Shown: in pieces, positions 22,701 to 36,232 of the stretch | Position numbering within the stretch: the first letter of the stretch is position 1 | Layout of the letters: the number at the start of each line of letters is the position of its first letter | Origin: Antedon mediterranea | Lineage: Eukaryota > Animalia > Echinodermata | Length of the DNA stretch: 64,000 nucleotides | Reading direction: 5' to 3' | Assembly (NCBI RefSeq): GCF_964355755.1 | Contig: NC_092670.1 | Location: forward strand, 38,366,388 to 38,430,387 | Notes under the pieces: model-generated | Database searches by the model: none | What the model was told of the DNA's origin: nothing | Seen by the model: the letters and a program-made list of their open reading frames with translations, nothing else | Translations under genes and position numbers: made by a program

Positions 22701-25700
22701 TCATTTTCAATACTGTTACACGACATGTTAGTACGGTACACAAATTATTTGACAGATACAGCCGATATCCAGGTATCCTTTACATAATGTATTTCGAACA
22801 CGACTTAGTTAAACGTTTGCTACTAGAAATGTATTTTGGCCAGGTTTGCCAGCAATCCATCATCCTCTAGCAATGCTGTCAAATGTGCATACTGCTTCGA
22901 GTTTGGCATATTAAATGGTTTCAATCTACACTGCTATCAAAATTAACAATTTGGCATTTGATTCGGAGCCAGTAGCTAGTTAGGGGTAGTATCACATGAA
23001 TACATGTTAATGTAGATATTTGATTGCAGCGAGATGTATTGATCATGTTGTTTTATTTCTGATATTTTTTTAATGTTTGGAAGAAAGTGAATTTGCAGTT
23101 GGATGTAATGATTAATGCGGGTGTTCTTTTTATGATATTTTTTTTTAGTGTTTTAAATAAATATTTTTAAAGATGTTTGGAAGAAAGTGAATAACCAGTG
23201 GGATGTAATGATAATTCGGTGTTATTTTTTCTTTACTGTTTTATAAATGATTAAAATATTTTTTATATGTTGTTTAGAAGAAAGTGAATTTTGTGTTCAT
23301 AGTTAGTATGTATTAAACAGAAATATAAACTAAATATAAAAATCCCTTTTAAAAAGGTCGGGTCAAATTATTTCTTCATGGTAAATTCTATCTTAAGTCT
23401 TAAGTTTTTATTCAATTAAAACACTTTTTGTGTTCCATATTATTCAGAAAAAAAACAAACTTTTTTGAGTGATTTTGTTTAATTATATTTCTTGTAAAAA
23501 CATCTTTTATTTGTCTTTTCTTCTACTATGTGTTATTCTTATATACCTTATTTTAAATAGTTATTAATTAAAATTAGAGGTATTTTAATTGTTATACTTC
23601 TGTACTTGAACTGAGAATCTTATCTTAGCCACCAACCCACATTGTAGCAAGTTTATTGGTCTAGAAGGGAAGTTATCTGGAGGTAATGTGTTTGAGTAGA
23701 GTTACACCCGAGTACAGTGTTCTCTAATGTTCTATCTATTCACTTGAGTCAATTATTTACAAATTAATCTTATTTAGAATGTGGTGCATAGAATGATGAA
23801 TGCCTTTTCCCTGAAGTTCCCTTTTCATAGATACCAGCAGCAATAATCCTACTTAACTAGCCCAGATTATGATGATTTTTGTCCCTTTTGTAGAAATAAA
23901 ATCTCTTTGTAAAAATCCTGGCCATGCATTATGCAAATTACCAATACCACAAGCAATAAGGTACTTTTCTGTGAAAAAATAAAAGTTGTGTGTGGGTTAC
24001 ACAATGTGAATATTTATTTTCAAACCAAATGGTTAATATTTAATTAGTATAGTACAGTCAACTCTCCCAATACTGGATTCTCTAAAAACCAGAAACTCTC
24101 CAAAACCAGACTTTTCTTGAGGTCCAAAAAGTCCCAAATTCATTTTTACCATTAGAAACACATTTCGAAAACCAGACATTTTAGGCCAGCCCAAAGGTGT
24201 CCCGGTATTGGAAGAGTTGACTGTTATGGAACTTAAAAATGTTTGACCATGTGAACTATTACAAGGCCTGTTGCGTTGGCTGTGATTTACAGCATGGCTT
24301 GTTATGCTGTAAACAGGAATTTCGCTTACAAAATCTAATTAATTTTCAGACTTGCCAGGAAATTAATTGATTTGATTAAGAATATTGATTTAAATGACTT
24401 AATCTTGTTTCTCTTCGCATCAACTACCCTGCACAAACCCCTGTTGGGTTCGTCGCTTTTCAATATAAAATTATAAAAATGAAATGTTGCTTTTATACTG
24501 ATTTTTAAGGTTCTGAAATATGTATATTTTACAAAACAAAGACAACAAAATCAAGGCAATCTAACAACAGGACACTGAGCTCGTCTTGTCAAGATATGAA
24601 CTTGTAACAGTCCTTTGATCTTATGTCTGGCTGCAACAAATACTGTACTATGTAGATTAATCTCAGTGGCGCGCGGTGTCTGTAAAGGAGTTTAGAACTG
24701 ATCCTGTCGCAGCCACAGATAAACCCTTTGATCTCAGAAGCTCAGCTTTCTGTTATATTGCCTTGACAAAATTAACCATGCAACAACATACAAAATGTAT
24801 CTCTAGTTTAAATGAACTAGATACTGATTTACATATAATATGGTTGGTATCTATCGTAATCGGTATTCTGCAGTAATTTACACGCAGAGAGTGCTGTGCA
24901 CTTTTTGCACAGTGCATGATAGTGAAAAAATAAAGAGTGCACACATGACTAATTTCAACCCGTCTGATTGGCTACATCTTTGAACCCATGTTATAATGAT
25001 GTATATACCTATATGGTTGGTTTCAAGTGTACTATGTCTTTCTACATAGGGTTATCAGTCTCGCCCAGTTCCTCTACCACAGCGCCACCGTGGCTACAAG
25101 GTATTGGCAATATATTGTGTGGCATATAATATCATGCATGAACGGTTCCCGTCAAATATTTCAAATATTAATTTTAATATATTTTTATGGTTTTTTTGGT
25201 CTTGCTTTTTACGTTAATTGCTCCTATCTTTTTTGATATGTCCACCTTTGCTTATTTAGCAACATAGTTGTTAGTGGAGACTGAATTATGGATTGTTTTT
25301 TATACTGACATGTTTTACCCTAATATGCCTAAATTGGTTTAGTGCCTGCACTTTGATTTTCATCCTGTGTGTTAAACTATCAAACAACAACAAAATTTGA
25401 TGTGCCCAAATATGGTAGTTATATACCCAAATATGGTAGTGATGTGACATCATGTCCATATATGGGCACATCACATTTTTTTGTCAAATAAAGTTTGATA
25501 GTGTAGACAGAGCTTAATTATATAAGCACAGCAAACCTGACCTTGTGTTTAAATATGTTTGCTACATCTGACACTTCTTCCTGTATTTCATTTTGATCTA
25601 AATTATGTTAGCTGTTCCAGGGACCTCCCTGCCTATTACAGGGGCCTCCCTGCATATTCCAGGGACCTCCATGCGTGTTCCTTTGCTAGTGAAAGCCATT

Positions 25701-26733
25701 CTTGTATCTTATGTAAAGCTTTGCATGTATTTTGTAAGCCTATAATATTAGCCCTCCATTCAATTGTTTTTAACAACCCATATCTTTCCACTTCCCATAC
25801 CGAACTTTCCTGGGACATAATGTCCCGATTTTCAAAACTTGTTTTAAATCAGTAAATGTTGACCTTTGGTGCCCAAAAGTATTGGGAGAGTTTCTGATTA
25901 TTAGAATTCAAGTTTCACAAGACTACTTTCTAGCTTACTAGCCCAGACCGAAATCTGCTTTCCCAGACTGTCTACTTATTATAGACTATTAAACTGTATT
26001 AAATTGGTTTCTAAAAAGTCACAGCATATTCTACAAAACATTTATAAATCAATAATATAGACTATCTATTTTACGGCCATCTATTTTTTTTTTCTCAATA
26101 TCTTAAAGCATTTTTCTTTTTAAATATTTATCCGAAATTATTAGTTATATGTCTACATTTTATCTTTCATTGTATTTAAATTAGTATTTGTTTAGTTTTT
26201 CTGTCTACACTATCAAATTTGATGTGAAAAAAATTGTACTGTGCCCATATATGGACCTAACAATGGTCATATCACTACCATGTTTGGGCATATCACCACT
26301 ATATTTGGGTGCATCACATTTTTTGTCACATAAAGTTTGATATTTTAGACAGAGGTTTAGTTATAATATATGTTATTAATTTGTATTTAATTTTTTTTCA
26401 GCATCCTCAGATTCAACCACGCAAGCACAGTCTGTCTCCAGCTCAACCGTATCAGCGCAGTCACTCCAAAATATGATGGCAAATCTACCCCCATGGCATG
26501 CCATGCCACCCCCAATGCCTATCTCCATGCCTCCACCAGGACCACCCCCTGGTATTCCCCCTCCACCCATCCAGCCTCCAATGCCATCTGGGCCACCTCC
26601 ATCAACAATGTCAAGCATGGCATTTAACCAGCCTCCACCTCCTATGGACTTCTCACAGTTTTCACAAGCGGGGGTGCCACCTCCTCCCCTCCCTGGAGCA
26701 CCAGCACCGCCACCACCTCCTCCATCAAATTAA
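13709..26733 (+). CDS. SF1: Splicing factor 1 / branchpoint-bridging protein (13 coding exons)
   Basis: Exons 13709-13898, 13991-14125, 14817-14892, 18464-18616, 18752-18841, 19160-19343, 19781-19899, 20282-20483, 20968-21111, 21489-21732, 21871-21990, 22244-22282, 26402-26733. Motifs: [45 protein letters not shown] domain [15 protein letters not shown]...[13 protein letters not shown]2 [13 protein letters not shown], two CCHC knuckles and a Pro-rich tail. Confidence 0.96.
17221..17359. mobile_element. Harbinger-like MITE family B (TIR AGCTTGGTTCCCACTAG); also at about 20515-20637 and 20697-20856
   Basis: Three homologous copies with TIRs and an internal inverted CAATCACAAGCGA / TCGCTTGTGATTGG. 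Confidence 0.8.
17999..18227. mobile_element. Small MITE-like element with 13-bp TIR CCAGTGGTGGTAC
   Basis: CCAGTGGTGGTAC ... GTACCACCACTGG, followed by four 16-bp CTGGTCGTTGACCCTA-like repeats. Confidence 0.5.
19923..20190. mobile_element. Kolobok-like MITE (AGATGTAT...ATACATCT|TTAA); related copy at 53214-53347
   Basis: Shared interior (GTCAAAGTTGATAAGT / CATTAAAATGGCATATTAAAA). The 53214 copy is flanked by TTAA on both sides. Confidence 0.6.
24055..24223. mobile_element. Tc1/mariner-pogo MITE (TA|CAGTCAACTCTCCCAATAC)
   Basis: TIR CAGTCAACTCT / AGAGTTGACTG with internal AAAACCAGA repeats. A related half-copy lies at about 63463-63490. Confidence 0.75.
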
Positions 26734-27129
26734 AAGGTTTTTTGTAATCAAGCTAGTATTATGCATTAATATAAAATATTTCAACTACTGTATTGTATTA
26801 ATATTAATAACAATTTTAACAAATACTTTGCATTCTTTTAACTATTCCTGCTAAATATTTTTTTTTTACAATTATGGAAAGGAAGTCATTCCATGCTTTG
26901 TATAGCCTTAATAGGTTTGATATTACATTATTTCCAACGCTTTCAATTTTCTTCCCAATTTTTTAAAAAAGAAAATTGTTTATATTCAAGGGTGTTTTTA
27001 GTCATTAAATAAAATCTGAAGTTTGTCTAAAATACATATGCTATTTCAACATTTACAGAAGCTATTAAAATCTCCCCTTTTTAAAAATTTAATATTTTAT
27101 AGGAAAATATTGTACATTGTTATTTGTAT

Positions 27130-27595
27130 GCTGTACCACAAATAGCATAAGTAACTGTATTGTATGTTAACTGTACCACAAATAGCATAAGTAACTGTTT
27201 TGTATGTTAACTGTACCACAAATAGCATAAGTAACTGTATATTGTATTGTGTATATGCTGCACATTAAACAATTTGGTTAAATGTTATTTAGCATGGTGG
27301 AAACAAAAATTAATATGTGTGGTGTTAATATAGTTTCTTCAAATAGTTCCTTTGAAAATATATCCCTAATTACATAATGAGGATGTATTCTACAATTAAA
27401 TAGTGTGGATAAAAGCATTTGTGCCACAGTTAAATTTGAAGATAAAAGCATTTGTGCCACAGTTAAATATGAAGATAAAAGCAATTGTGCCACAGTTAAA
27501 TAATGTGAATAAAAGCATTTGTGCCATCCAGTTAAATTTGAAGATAAAAGCAATTGTTCCACAGTTTAATAATATGGATAAAAGCATTTGTTGCA
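27130..27595. repeat. Two short minisatellites downstream of the SF1 stop codon (about 41 bp x3; about 31 bp x6)
   Basis: CTGTACCACAAATAGCATAAGTAACTG x3 at 27131-27240, and GATAAAAGCATTTGTGCCACAGTTAAAT x6 at 27405-27592. Confidence 0.8.
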
Positions 27596-27904
27596 CTATA
27601 AGGACTGTTTACATGGGGCTACTGTACAAATTTTCTACTAATATTAATAAATGGTTATAATTATATGATCTTTGTAAATTGAAAATAAACTCTTAACCTC
27701 CTAAAAAGTAAAAATTGACTTGTTTTTTTTTCATGGTTTTTTTTTTCTACCATTGTGTAGTTTTGATTTAATGCAATAAGTACATTCAACATAAACTTCA
27801 TTATACATGCCAAAAGCTATGTTCAAATCTCAAGCAAAAACATTAAAAACAAATTTGTTCAGAGACATACTTAATTGACATTACTAGAAAGGTGAGAAAG
27901 TTAT

Positions 27905-28325
27905 ACCAAAGAACTTATAACACAAGAATCTCCTGTTCTTCAATTTGCATTCAAAACACAGTATCGGAAGTACAGGGTTAAAAGGTCAAACTGGGCGACG
28001 CCATTTCACAGCATGGAGCAGCGCCCCCTCCAAACTAGGAAGTCAATTACTCTACCCCCCCCCCCCCCTAGAGTATTGGCAGATCCCCTCTATGATTTTG
28101 ACTTTCTAATTTGATGCGGGCGCCCTACTCCTCATTCAATTACTCTATCCCCCCTAGAGCATTAGCAGATCCCCTCTATGATTTTGACTTTCTAATTTGA
28201 AGCGGGCGCCCTACTCCATGGCTCACAATGGCGCCACCCATAGCTCTATTCTATCCCACAATGCCTTTCGAAATTGTTACGCGCTTCGGACGAACAGGAG
28301 ATTCTTGTGTTATAAGTTCTTTGGT
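27905..28325. mobile_element. MITE with 34-bp perfect TIR ACCAAAGAACTTATAACACAAGAATCTCCTGTTC and TSD TAT
   Basis: Perfect TIR pair and an internal tandem duplication of about 90 bp (28043-28218). Confidence 0.8.
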
Positions 28326-28508
28326 TATACTAAGGAAGTTGTAGAGTAAAGGCCTGCTTCCTGGTTTATTCATGATCAATTGTACGCTATGAATTATTTA
28401 TTCATGTTTTTATTCGAAAATTCTACATGAAATTTGATTGAATGATGTAACAACGCACAAAAGAAATACAATAGTTACAGCAGCGTTATAAATAAATCTG
28501 CGTGAATG

Positions 28509-29295
28509 TATATGTTATGCGCGATTTGAACGATTTGCGCAATTTGAAATTGCGCAAAAAAATCCTTGCGCAATTTGAAATTGCGCAAAGAATTCTTGCG
28601 CAATTTAAAATTGCGCAAGGATTTTTTTGCGCAATTTCAAATTGCGCAATCAACTTGCGCAATTTCAAATTGCGCAAGAAAATCTTGGCGCAATTTTAAA
28701 TTGCGCTGCACAATTTGTAAATTCCGCAAGATAGTTCTTGCGCAATATGACACCTTTGCGCAATTTGAAAACGAACTGTAAATTTTCCCATACATGGCTA
28801 GGCTAGGCCTAGGCAGAGGAGTTTAAAATTTAGTATTTTATTATATAAATAAGACCATTTCAATGAAGATAATGTTTAATACTCACTTTTTAAGTTTTTA
28901 ATATTAGTTTAAGCTAGGCCATGTAACCTAGTCAGTATCAGTAGTCCAGACCCTAGCTAGGCTAGAGTAGTATAGCCGGCCGCCCGCACCGCGCCCGCCT
29001 GGTGGAACACCACCGCTTCGTTTTCCTTCGTCGGTTCTTCGACGGTATGCTAACTTATAACAATATTTGCACTACTAAAATAAGGAAATGCGATATTTAT
29101 CTTTAATTTTGAATCATTCTTAGAAATTACTATAAAAATATGGGTGTGCATGATTTCACAATCTGTCGGAAAACCTTGCGCAATTTGCAGATTACTTGCG
29201 CAATTTGAGACACATGTTTCAATTCAAATTGCGCAAGGATTTTTTTTTGCGCAATTTCAAATTGCGCAAATCGTTCAAATCGCGCATGACATATA
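28509..29295. mobile_element. TIR element with TTGCGCAA palindrome arrays
   Basis: TIR of about 55 bp TATATGT(T/C)ATGCGCGATTTGAACGATTTGCGCAATTTGAAATTGCGCAAAAA at both ends; many internal TTGCGCAA copies. Confidence 0.8.
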
Positions 29296-31894
29296 TACAG
29301 TATTATCATGAACTTGGTCCGTGGTATACAAACAGTTCATAAGTCTGGTGTGCAATTCCTTTCTTTTCGAGTGACGTGATTGGTTAATTCCGGTCACATA
29401 TTGTACTTAGTGATGCGTATCATCTTCAGCAATTGTTTGTAGGAACAACACAACATCACCACCGCTTGTGTGTATTTAAGACAGGACAACAACATTTAGA
29501 TGTACTGTTTCTTGTTAACTGCTTAAAAGATTTTTAAACGAAGGTTAGTTATGTTTTAAAGATTATATTCTTGTGAAAATGTGTGTTTTTTTAACAATAA
29601 GTTCGTGGCTACGTAAAGCCTGCTGCTGCTGGCTTCTCCATCTCATTTGTGTTGGCCGTCCATTTTAAATGTTTCAGACAAGAACACCGTCATGCTTTAG
29701 ATCGAGGGGCCGCCTTTTCAGAGGCAGGACACTTGACCCAACCAATTGCTTAAACAGCAGCGACTATTATGACAGTATATGATGAGCCCAAAATAATGTT
29801 GTATTGAAGAAAAAATACGATACAGTTACTAGTAAAGATTTTGGAAGAGTTCTCTAACCATTTTCGTTTTATTTTTTTTAGTTTTCTAATTTATTTCATT
29901 CAGGATTTTCTTTGCAAGACCTTTCTTTTTACTATTAAATTTAAATTAAAGATTTAAAAAACTTTTTTATGAATTGATCATTTCGGCCAATCACCAGACA
30001 GTTATGAACGTATAAATTCATACATTATAATTTATTCACCATATTTGCATTTTATTGTGTGTACAAAAGGCTTTGTCCGTCAGTATTTATTCACCATTGC
30101 ATTGATGATGTTTTTTTGTTGGTATACTGTAGTACCGATATATAACAGCACCATGATCATTTTCACCCACTGACGTTCAACCTTCTTTTTCTGTTGTGTT
30201 ATTGTGAGAATACTGTGGTGTTTTCTTGATGGTACAGTTTGATGCTCTTTGCACATGCTTTATTTGATCTGCAGTTCTAGCATTTATTCGTATATTTATA
30301 TAGGCCTACTTTATTACAAAATACAGGCTAATTGCAACAATTTAATCAGTACAACCTTTTCATTATATTTTTCACCTTAATGCTCACTTTGTACAAAATT
30401 GATGCTGTAATAATGGTTACCAATTAAAACACGACAAACAATCATTACACTGCGTATAAAATTGATGATTATGCAATGGTATACTATACCTGAAGTATAA
30501 TCGAGATTATACGAGTCCTCCGGAGGTGAGAATCAATATGCGTTCTGTTGCTATGTATTTCAATGCCTTTTGTGTTAAATAGGCCAAGGTGTACATTGTC
30601 TCATAAATATCAGGCACTGAATGCATGTTTTTCTCTAATCATTACACAATGCATCCAATGAGTACAGTTGGTGTAAAGCTAATTGATTTTTGACATATTT
30701 TAAGACCTGTTTTTAAGTTCAACTTTAACTGTTAACCATGGAGAAATATTTCATGCTGTAACAAAAGGCAATTATAAATAAGTAGGTTAAGATATCAGTA
30801 CTATCAAACATAACTCATCGTTACAATTTTGCTATTTGTGCAATAAACACAAAGCCAAAGAAACAAAATTGATATACAACAATACAATAAAAACAGCGAT
30901 GTAATAGAGGTACAGCCGTATACTGTACTTTACAGTACCCTATGCAAAAGTTTAAATGTTGTTGCTCCAGTTCCTTACATATTAACCTACAGTATTATAG
31001 TTGTAGACCTTTATTTTGAGGAAGTGTGACCTAACCATACTAATAAACTGCCCTTGAGGAGTGTAATTTACACACTTAAATTTGGTAAACTTCAACTCAC
31101 CCCCCCCCCCCCCTGAACTCCAGGTCCCCATTTAGCTCTGGGCCCTCCTTGAACCCCTTCTTGAGTTACAGCCCCCCCTTAAACTCAGGAACCCTTGGTT
31201 TAGACAGTGAGCACTCATGACCATTACACTCCACTGATTTTCTGTCTCTAAACCCACCATTATAAACTATAAACTGAGTTCAAACGTACATTGACAGAAG
31301 GTACTCATTGAATAATTTGCAATGAGAGACAGATAATGTAATGTCTTAATGATTGTTTGTATTATTTAATAGAATGATGAATGATAAATAGTCAATAATA
31401 CTTACAGTATCATACTTTACACACTTTAAAACTACCCACATACATATACTTTCTTTTATTACTTTACTTATTATATGGTACAGTACATCATTAAATTGTA
31501 TTATATTAAAGAACACATGCTGTTCAATTGAAGAAATAAAAATGTGACGAGCACATAAAACGAATAACAACTATTGCCTTCTTTAGGATCGATTATTTTA
31601 ACTAACAAATCGATTTCAAATTCAAATTGATTTTCAAATTCTTAACAAAATTGTTTCGTAACTTCCTTGGCAATAAAGTAAACAATTAAATCTCTTATGT
31701 CTGGGAGACACATCATTGTCTACTTTGTATAATTCAAATAACAATCATACCACAGCAATGTTTATTTAAAGCTCACTATCAAACTAGTTTGACAAATAAG
31801 TGTGATGTGCCTAAATATTGTAATGATATGCCCAAATATGGTAGTGATATGACATCATCATGTTCATACATATATGGGCACATCACATTTTTTG

Positions 31895-32045
31895 TCACAT
31901 AAACAAGGATGGTCTACAAGTCTTATTACCATTCTTGTGAAGTGAAGTTATAATTTGTCATTAGAAAAAATCTTGACACTGACAGGACTTGAACCCAGGA
32001 CCCTTGGATTAGTAGTAAAGCATCATAACCACCAAACCACAATTC
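31895..32045 (-). mobile_element. tRNA-derived SINE (homologous to 34138-34390)
   Basis: The reverse strand reads GTGGTTTGGTGGTTATGATGCT...GGGTCCTGGGTTCAAGTCCTGTC, giving A-box and B-box-like motifs. Confidence 0.65.
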
Positions 32046-33529
32046 CACATTATCCTGCTTCTCTTTATATTCCATTTCAATACTTACCAAACATACTAGT
32101 ATATAAAGCTTTGTCTACATTATCAAACTCTATGTGACAAACAAATGTTACTTAATTACTTGTTACTTGTTTGCATAGCTATCCCCATTATTGGGGACAT
32201 TTCGCCGTCATTGACATTATGTTGACATAGCACAACAATGAGAGACATTAATTTTGATGAGAAGGTCATGGAACACTAATTAATTTTAAAAACAACTAAA
32301 AACCTGGGACCTGCAACCCTTGGTAGGGACCCTGACCCTGATGATGACCTGTGATGTGCATATAGACATGGTGATATACATATCACTAACATATTTAGCT
32401 GTATAAATATCCTTCAAATTCACTATTTGTTATTTCACCTGTAGACAAACATATAGAATTGTAGTCAATAAAATGCCAGGTAATTATCCAAGCTCAATTG
32501 GTTGAACATGTCTCTGATTTATGAATAATAATAGTAGTTTGGAGTTGAGCAATAATACAAATGAAATATTATTAAATTGAACTTGATATCCCATAATAAG
32601 AAGAGAGTTTACAAAATGTAGGTCTCATTTTATATAAATTTAATAATATGTGATAATAAGTAAAAAATTGTTTAAATCAGATGTTCTTAATGTTCTAGAC
32701 TTGCCCCAAGTCTGTATTTTCTTTTTTATTTATTTGTTTTTATTGCGACCGCGATTTTTGTCTGAAAATACAGACTTGTGAAACGCGTATAAAAATCGAT
32801 TTGTAGACCGCAAACGTCCGATAAGAATGACGTAGGTGATCATACCGTATTTGGCTATATGGGGCGGGCGGTATGTAAATATGGATTTCGAATCAACCAA
32901 TGATCATCTTGTTTCAAAATGAAAAAGATCGAGTACGTATACAGTGCTGAATGTACGAGACGAGACTGTTGATAAAATCGTGTTGCCAAGTTGTTTTTTT
33001 ATTAATTGTTTAGTCATTGGCCTAGACCTCTTTCGTAGGTCCTACTCAACTTGCACGTATGACCTGCCAAATAAAACGCCAATAAAGTAGGCCTACATGC
33101 CACCGGCACACAACAAAGCTACACCACACACTACACAGAACAGGACAGGGTCTGGGTGGGAATTAAATCAAATTATCTCCGCGTAATAAATGATCCATTC
33201 AATGTTTGATTTGCGGAGAAGCAGCCTATCTTATCAAGACGAGTTTTCATGTTCTTGGGAAAAATCCCATCAAATGTTTACCAAACTACTAGGCATATAA
33301 AATCATTTCTAGCCTTCAGAAACTTTCATCAATGTACCAAGTACACGTTGTCTAAACGTAACATAGCGCATGTGCACCATCTTAGTTGTTGAGTCTTTGA
33401 ACTTCTGAAATATGAATATTAAAACGGTGTACGAGTGAGTAGCCAATCGCATGCAGCTGAAACTAGTCAACCGGATAATCGTATGCACCAAGAATTCTTG
33501 GTGTCAAACCACGTGACTTGTGCTTGTTT

Positions 33530-33641
33530 CCCCAGACGGAGTATCCAAAATCAAGTAGTATACGTATGAAACGCCATATGTGCCAAAATATTTATCTTTT
33601 TACTAATATTAAGACAAAACTCCGTCTGGAACCCAGACTAT
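33530..33641. mobile_element. End of a TAGTCTGGGTTCCAGACGGAGT-type TIR element
   Basis: CCAGACGGAGT (33531) and ACTCCGTCTGGAACCCAGACTA (33619-33640) form an inverted pair. The CpG-rich block 32690-33640 may belong to the same element. Confidence 0.4.
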
Positions 33642-34137
33642 TAATGTTCATACAGTAGTATTTTCTCTTAATTAAAGTTGAACATCTGACAAAAAAAAAG
33701 CCCCAATAAATGAGTTCTGGTTGATCATTTTTTTAAATGTAAGATTGAAAAGACAAAGACATAAAAGTCATAACAATATTTAGTTGAGCAATAAATTGTT
33801 TTTCATGAATAAATTATTTAGTATACGTTGCATTTACTGTAAATGCTATACACATGCTTTTTAAATTTGTCAAAGTAAAAAATAAAAAAGACATTACAAA
33901 GAGAAACCTTTATGTAGCCAAAAAAGGCAATTTGTTAAGCCTTGTCTACACTACTATCAAACTTTATATGACAAGAAAAATGTGATGTGATGATGATGTC
34001 ATTTCACTACCATATTTGAGCATATCACTACCATATTTGAGCATATCACTACTATATTTGGGCACATCACACTGTCTTTAGTTTGATAGTGTAGACAGAG
34101 CTTTACATAGCATAGGGATGGGTAAAACATAAGGAGT

Positions 34138-34390
34138 GGAGTTGTGGATTGGTGGTTATGATGCTTGGCTACCACTCCAAGGGTCCTGGGTTTAAGTCCT
34201 GTCACATGTCAGGATTTTTTCTAAGGACTAAATTACTCCACTCTCAAAGACTTGTAATAAGACTTTGTTTATGTAGAGCATCTTGTGTATATGTTTGTCT
34301 TGTGAACCTCTGAGGGTCCCTAATGATCAGCAATAGCTGGATGGATCACCCTCATTAAATATGGTTTTTAAAAAAATAAATAAAAAATAA
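34138..34390 (+). mobile_element. tRNA-derived SINE with a LINE-derived 3' tail
   Basis: A/B-box-like head (TGGTGGTTATGATGC...GGTTTAAGTCC). The tail TGAGGGTCCCTAATGATCAGCAATAGCTGGATGGATCACCCTCATTAAATATGG-(AAATA)n is shared with 3088-3160. Confidence 0.7.
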
Positions 34391-34874
34391 TTTCAATAAA
34401 AACAGTATAAAACGAACTACAGTACAGTAAAGTAACCTAAAAAAATGAAGATGAGATGATTATTAACTTGTTAAAAATAAGGCTCTAAAAACCACAGTAA
34501 CATACCTTGTAGAATAAGAAAATTGAATTCAAAACAAAAGGAAATTACCAGTAATTTCAGTACATAAAATTAATCTATTTTTAACTACATAATAGGATTT
34601 TATTTAAACATTGTACATTTAGATACAGCCAATTTGGTATTTAAACATTGTACATTTAGATACAGCCAATTTGGTAGGTTGCCATGGATCCGCAATTGAC
34701 GCTGAACCACTAGATTAGACTACATGCGGTGAACTAGCTAATAAACTCTTATTGTGAAATCTTTTAGAGCAGGAAGGAGTCGGATTTATCATTGATTAAA
34801 AATGGGTATAGATGATGAAGATAATGTTACACACACTCAGCGTACATGCTACTGTGAATGCTATGAATAGAATG

Positions 34875-34935
34875 AACATGTGACGTCATTCAAAGTGACC
34901 TCTTGACCTTTATACTGTGTAATATATATACAGCG
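34875..34935 (+). promoter_or_regulatory. Candidate promoter/enhancer: CRE + nuclear-receptor DR2 + TATA-like box
   Basis: TGACGTCA at 34881, TGACCT-CT-TGACCT at 34896-34909 and TATATA at about 34923, closely spaced in non-repetitive DNA. Confidence 0.4.
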
Positions 34936-36232
34936 TACGTGCATTTTATCAGCTCATCATTCCAGTCAGTGTGATAGTGAGCACTAGGATGGTGAGAGTT
35001 TTGTCGTGAGTATTTGAAATAAATTTTCTGAACAAATATCAACTTAAAATGTTCTTGATACTGATAGTTTTGATTAATTGATTTTAAAATCCATTTTAAA
35101 ATTAAATTACTGAAATATTTTAAATGTACAGTAGTTGATTTCCACTATTTTGTGAATTCACGTTACTTAACACATTTACTGTAGAAGTGCATTAAAAATA
35201 ATTTGTTTTTTAGGTTTTAAATTAAAAATTTGCTAGATTTTTCATATTGCTAGTTTTGCTTGTGGTTGTAATTTTGGGAGAAAATAGTTTGGTAACAGTA
35301 TAATAAAGTTACCTAAGGCTTGATCTACATTAGGTAGATTCACGCAATCGTTCTTTGAGGGCGCTATAAGCGAGGCGTTATTTTGTATTGTAAAGTTGTC
35401 CTACTATGGAATTGATTAGTTTACCTTAACATAATTGCTTGCTTAGTTTTAGTTTGTTTATTTTGCTGGATTTTGACAACTACCAAAGGTCTCCTATCAT
35501 TGGATAAAAAAGTATATTTCTAGACCTTTTTTAACATTTATTTATTGATTAGAGCTACACTTTCCTGGTAAAAATATCTAATAGGGTTCTATAGGCAGAC
35601 AACACTGTAGATCCTAACATGCTGTAGGCTAGGCTTCAGTAATTCTTCACTCATTCTTCACTCAAGTTCTCTAGAATTGTTTTATATTTGAGGCTGCTAT
35701 ATAAAGCAAAGATATCTAATACCATGTATTAGCTGTTTTATAAAGTTACCACCTTGATTTAGAATCAATTTTTATTGAAAATTCATCTGGGTAAATTTGA
35801 TCAATGCAATACCAGGTATTAACTCTTTTTTAATACCATGTGTTATTATTTTTATTTACCATCTTGTTTACCAGAATCAATTTATTTAATTGAAAATTAA
35901 TTAATGTGATTAAAGTATAGTTTACATAATCAAAATGGAAAATACTAATAATTTATACTTTCGTAAATAACCATTGTTATTTAATTTTTTTTTAATGAAT
36001 TATGCTATTTCCAGATTTATGATGGTGATTATTGTATTATTATTTAAGCATAGATGCATGCCAGATTACAATTGGCCTATGAATAAGTGAGAAAGAACCA
36101 TATGCTATAAGTTAACTTATTGAATTGAATACAGTAATGCTTATATTAAGGGGACACCTTCGGGACCAAACAAATTTGCCACTTAATATGGCTTTTCCTG
36201 AATAGAAATAATAATACCCCTTGTGGTTGTTT

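Noticed and set aside
34138-34210. Possible tRNA gene (also 31975-32045 and 44611-44680)
   Set aside because: A/B-box-like motifs are present but there is no complete cloverleaf, and a body and LINE-like tail follow, so these are SINE heads.
34600-34676. 37-bp tandem duplication containing CCAAT (also an approximately 90-bp duplication at 39045-39225)
   Set aside because: Simple two-copy local duplications with no further structure to support a function.
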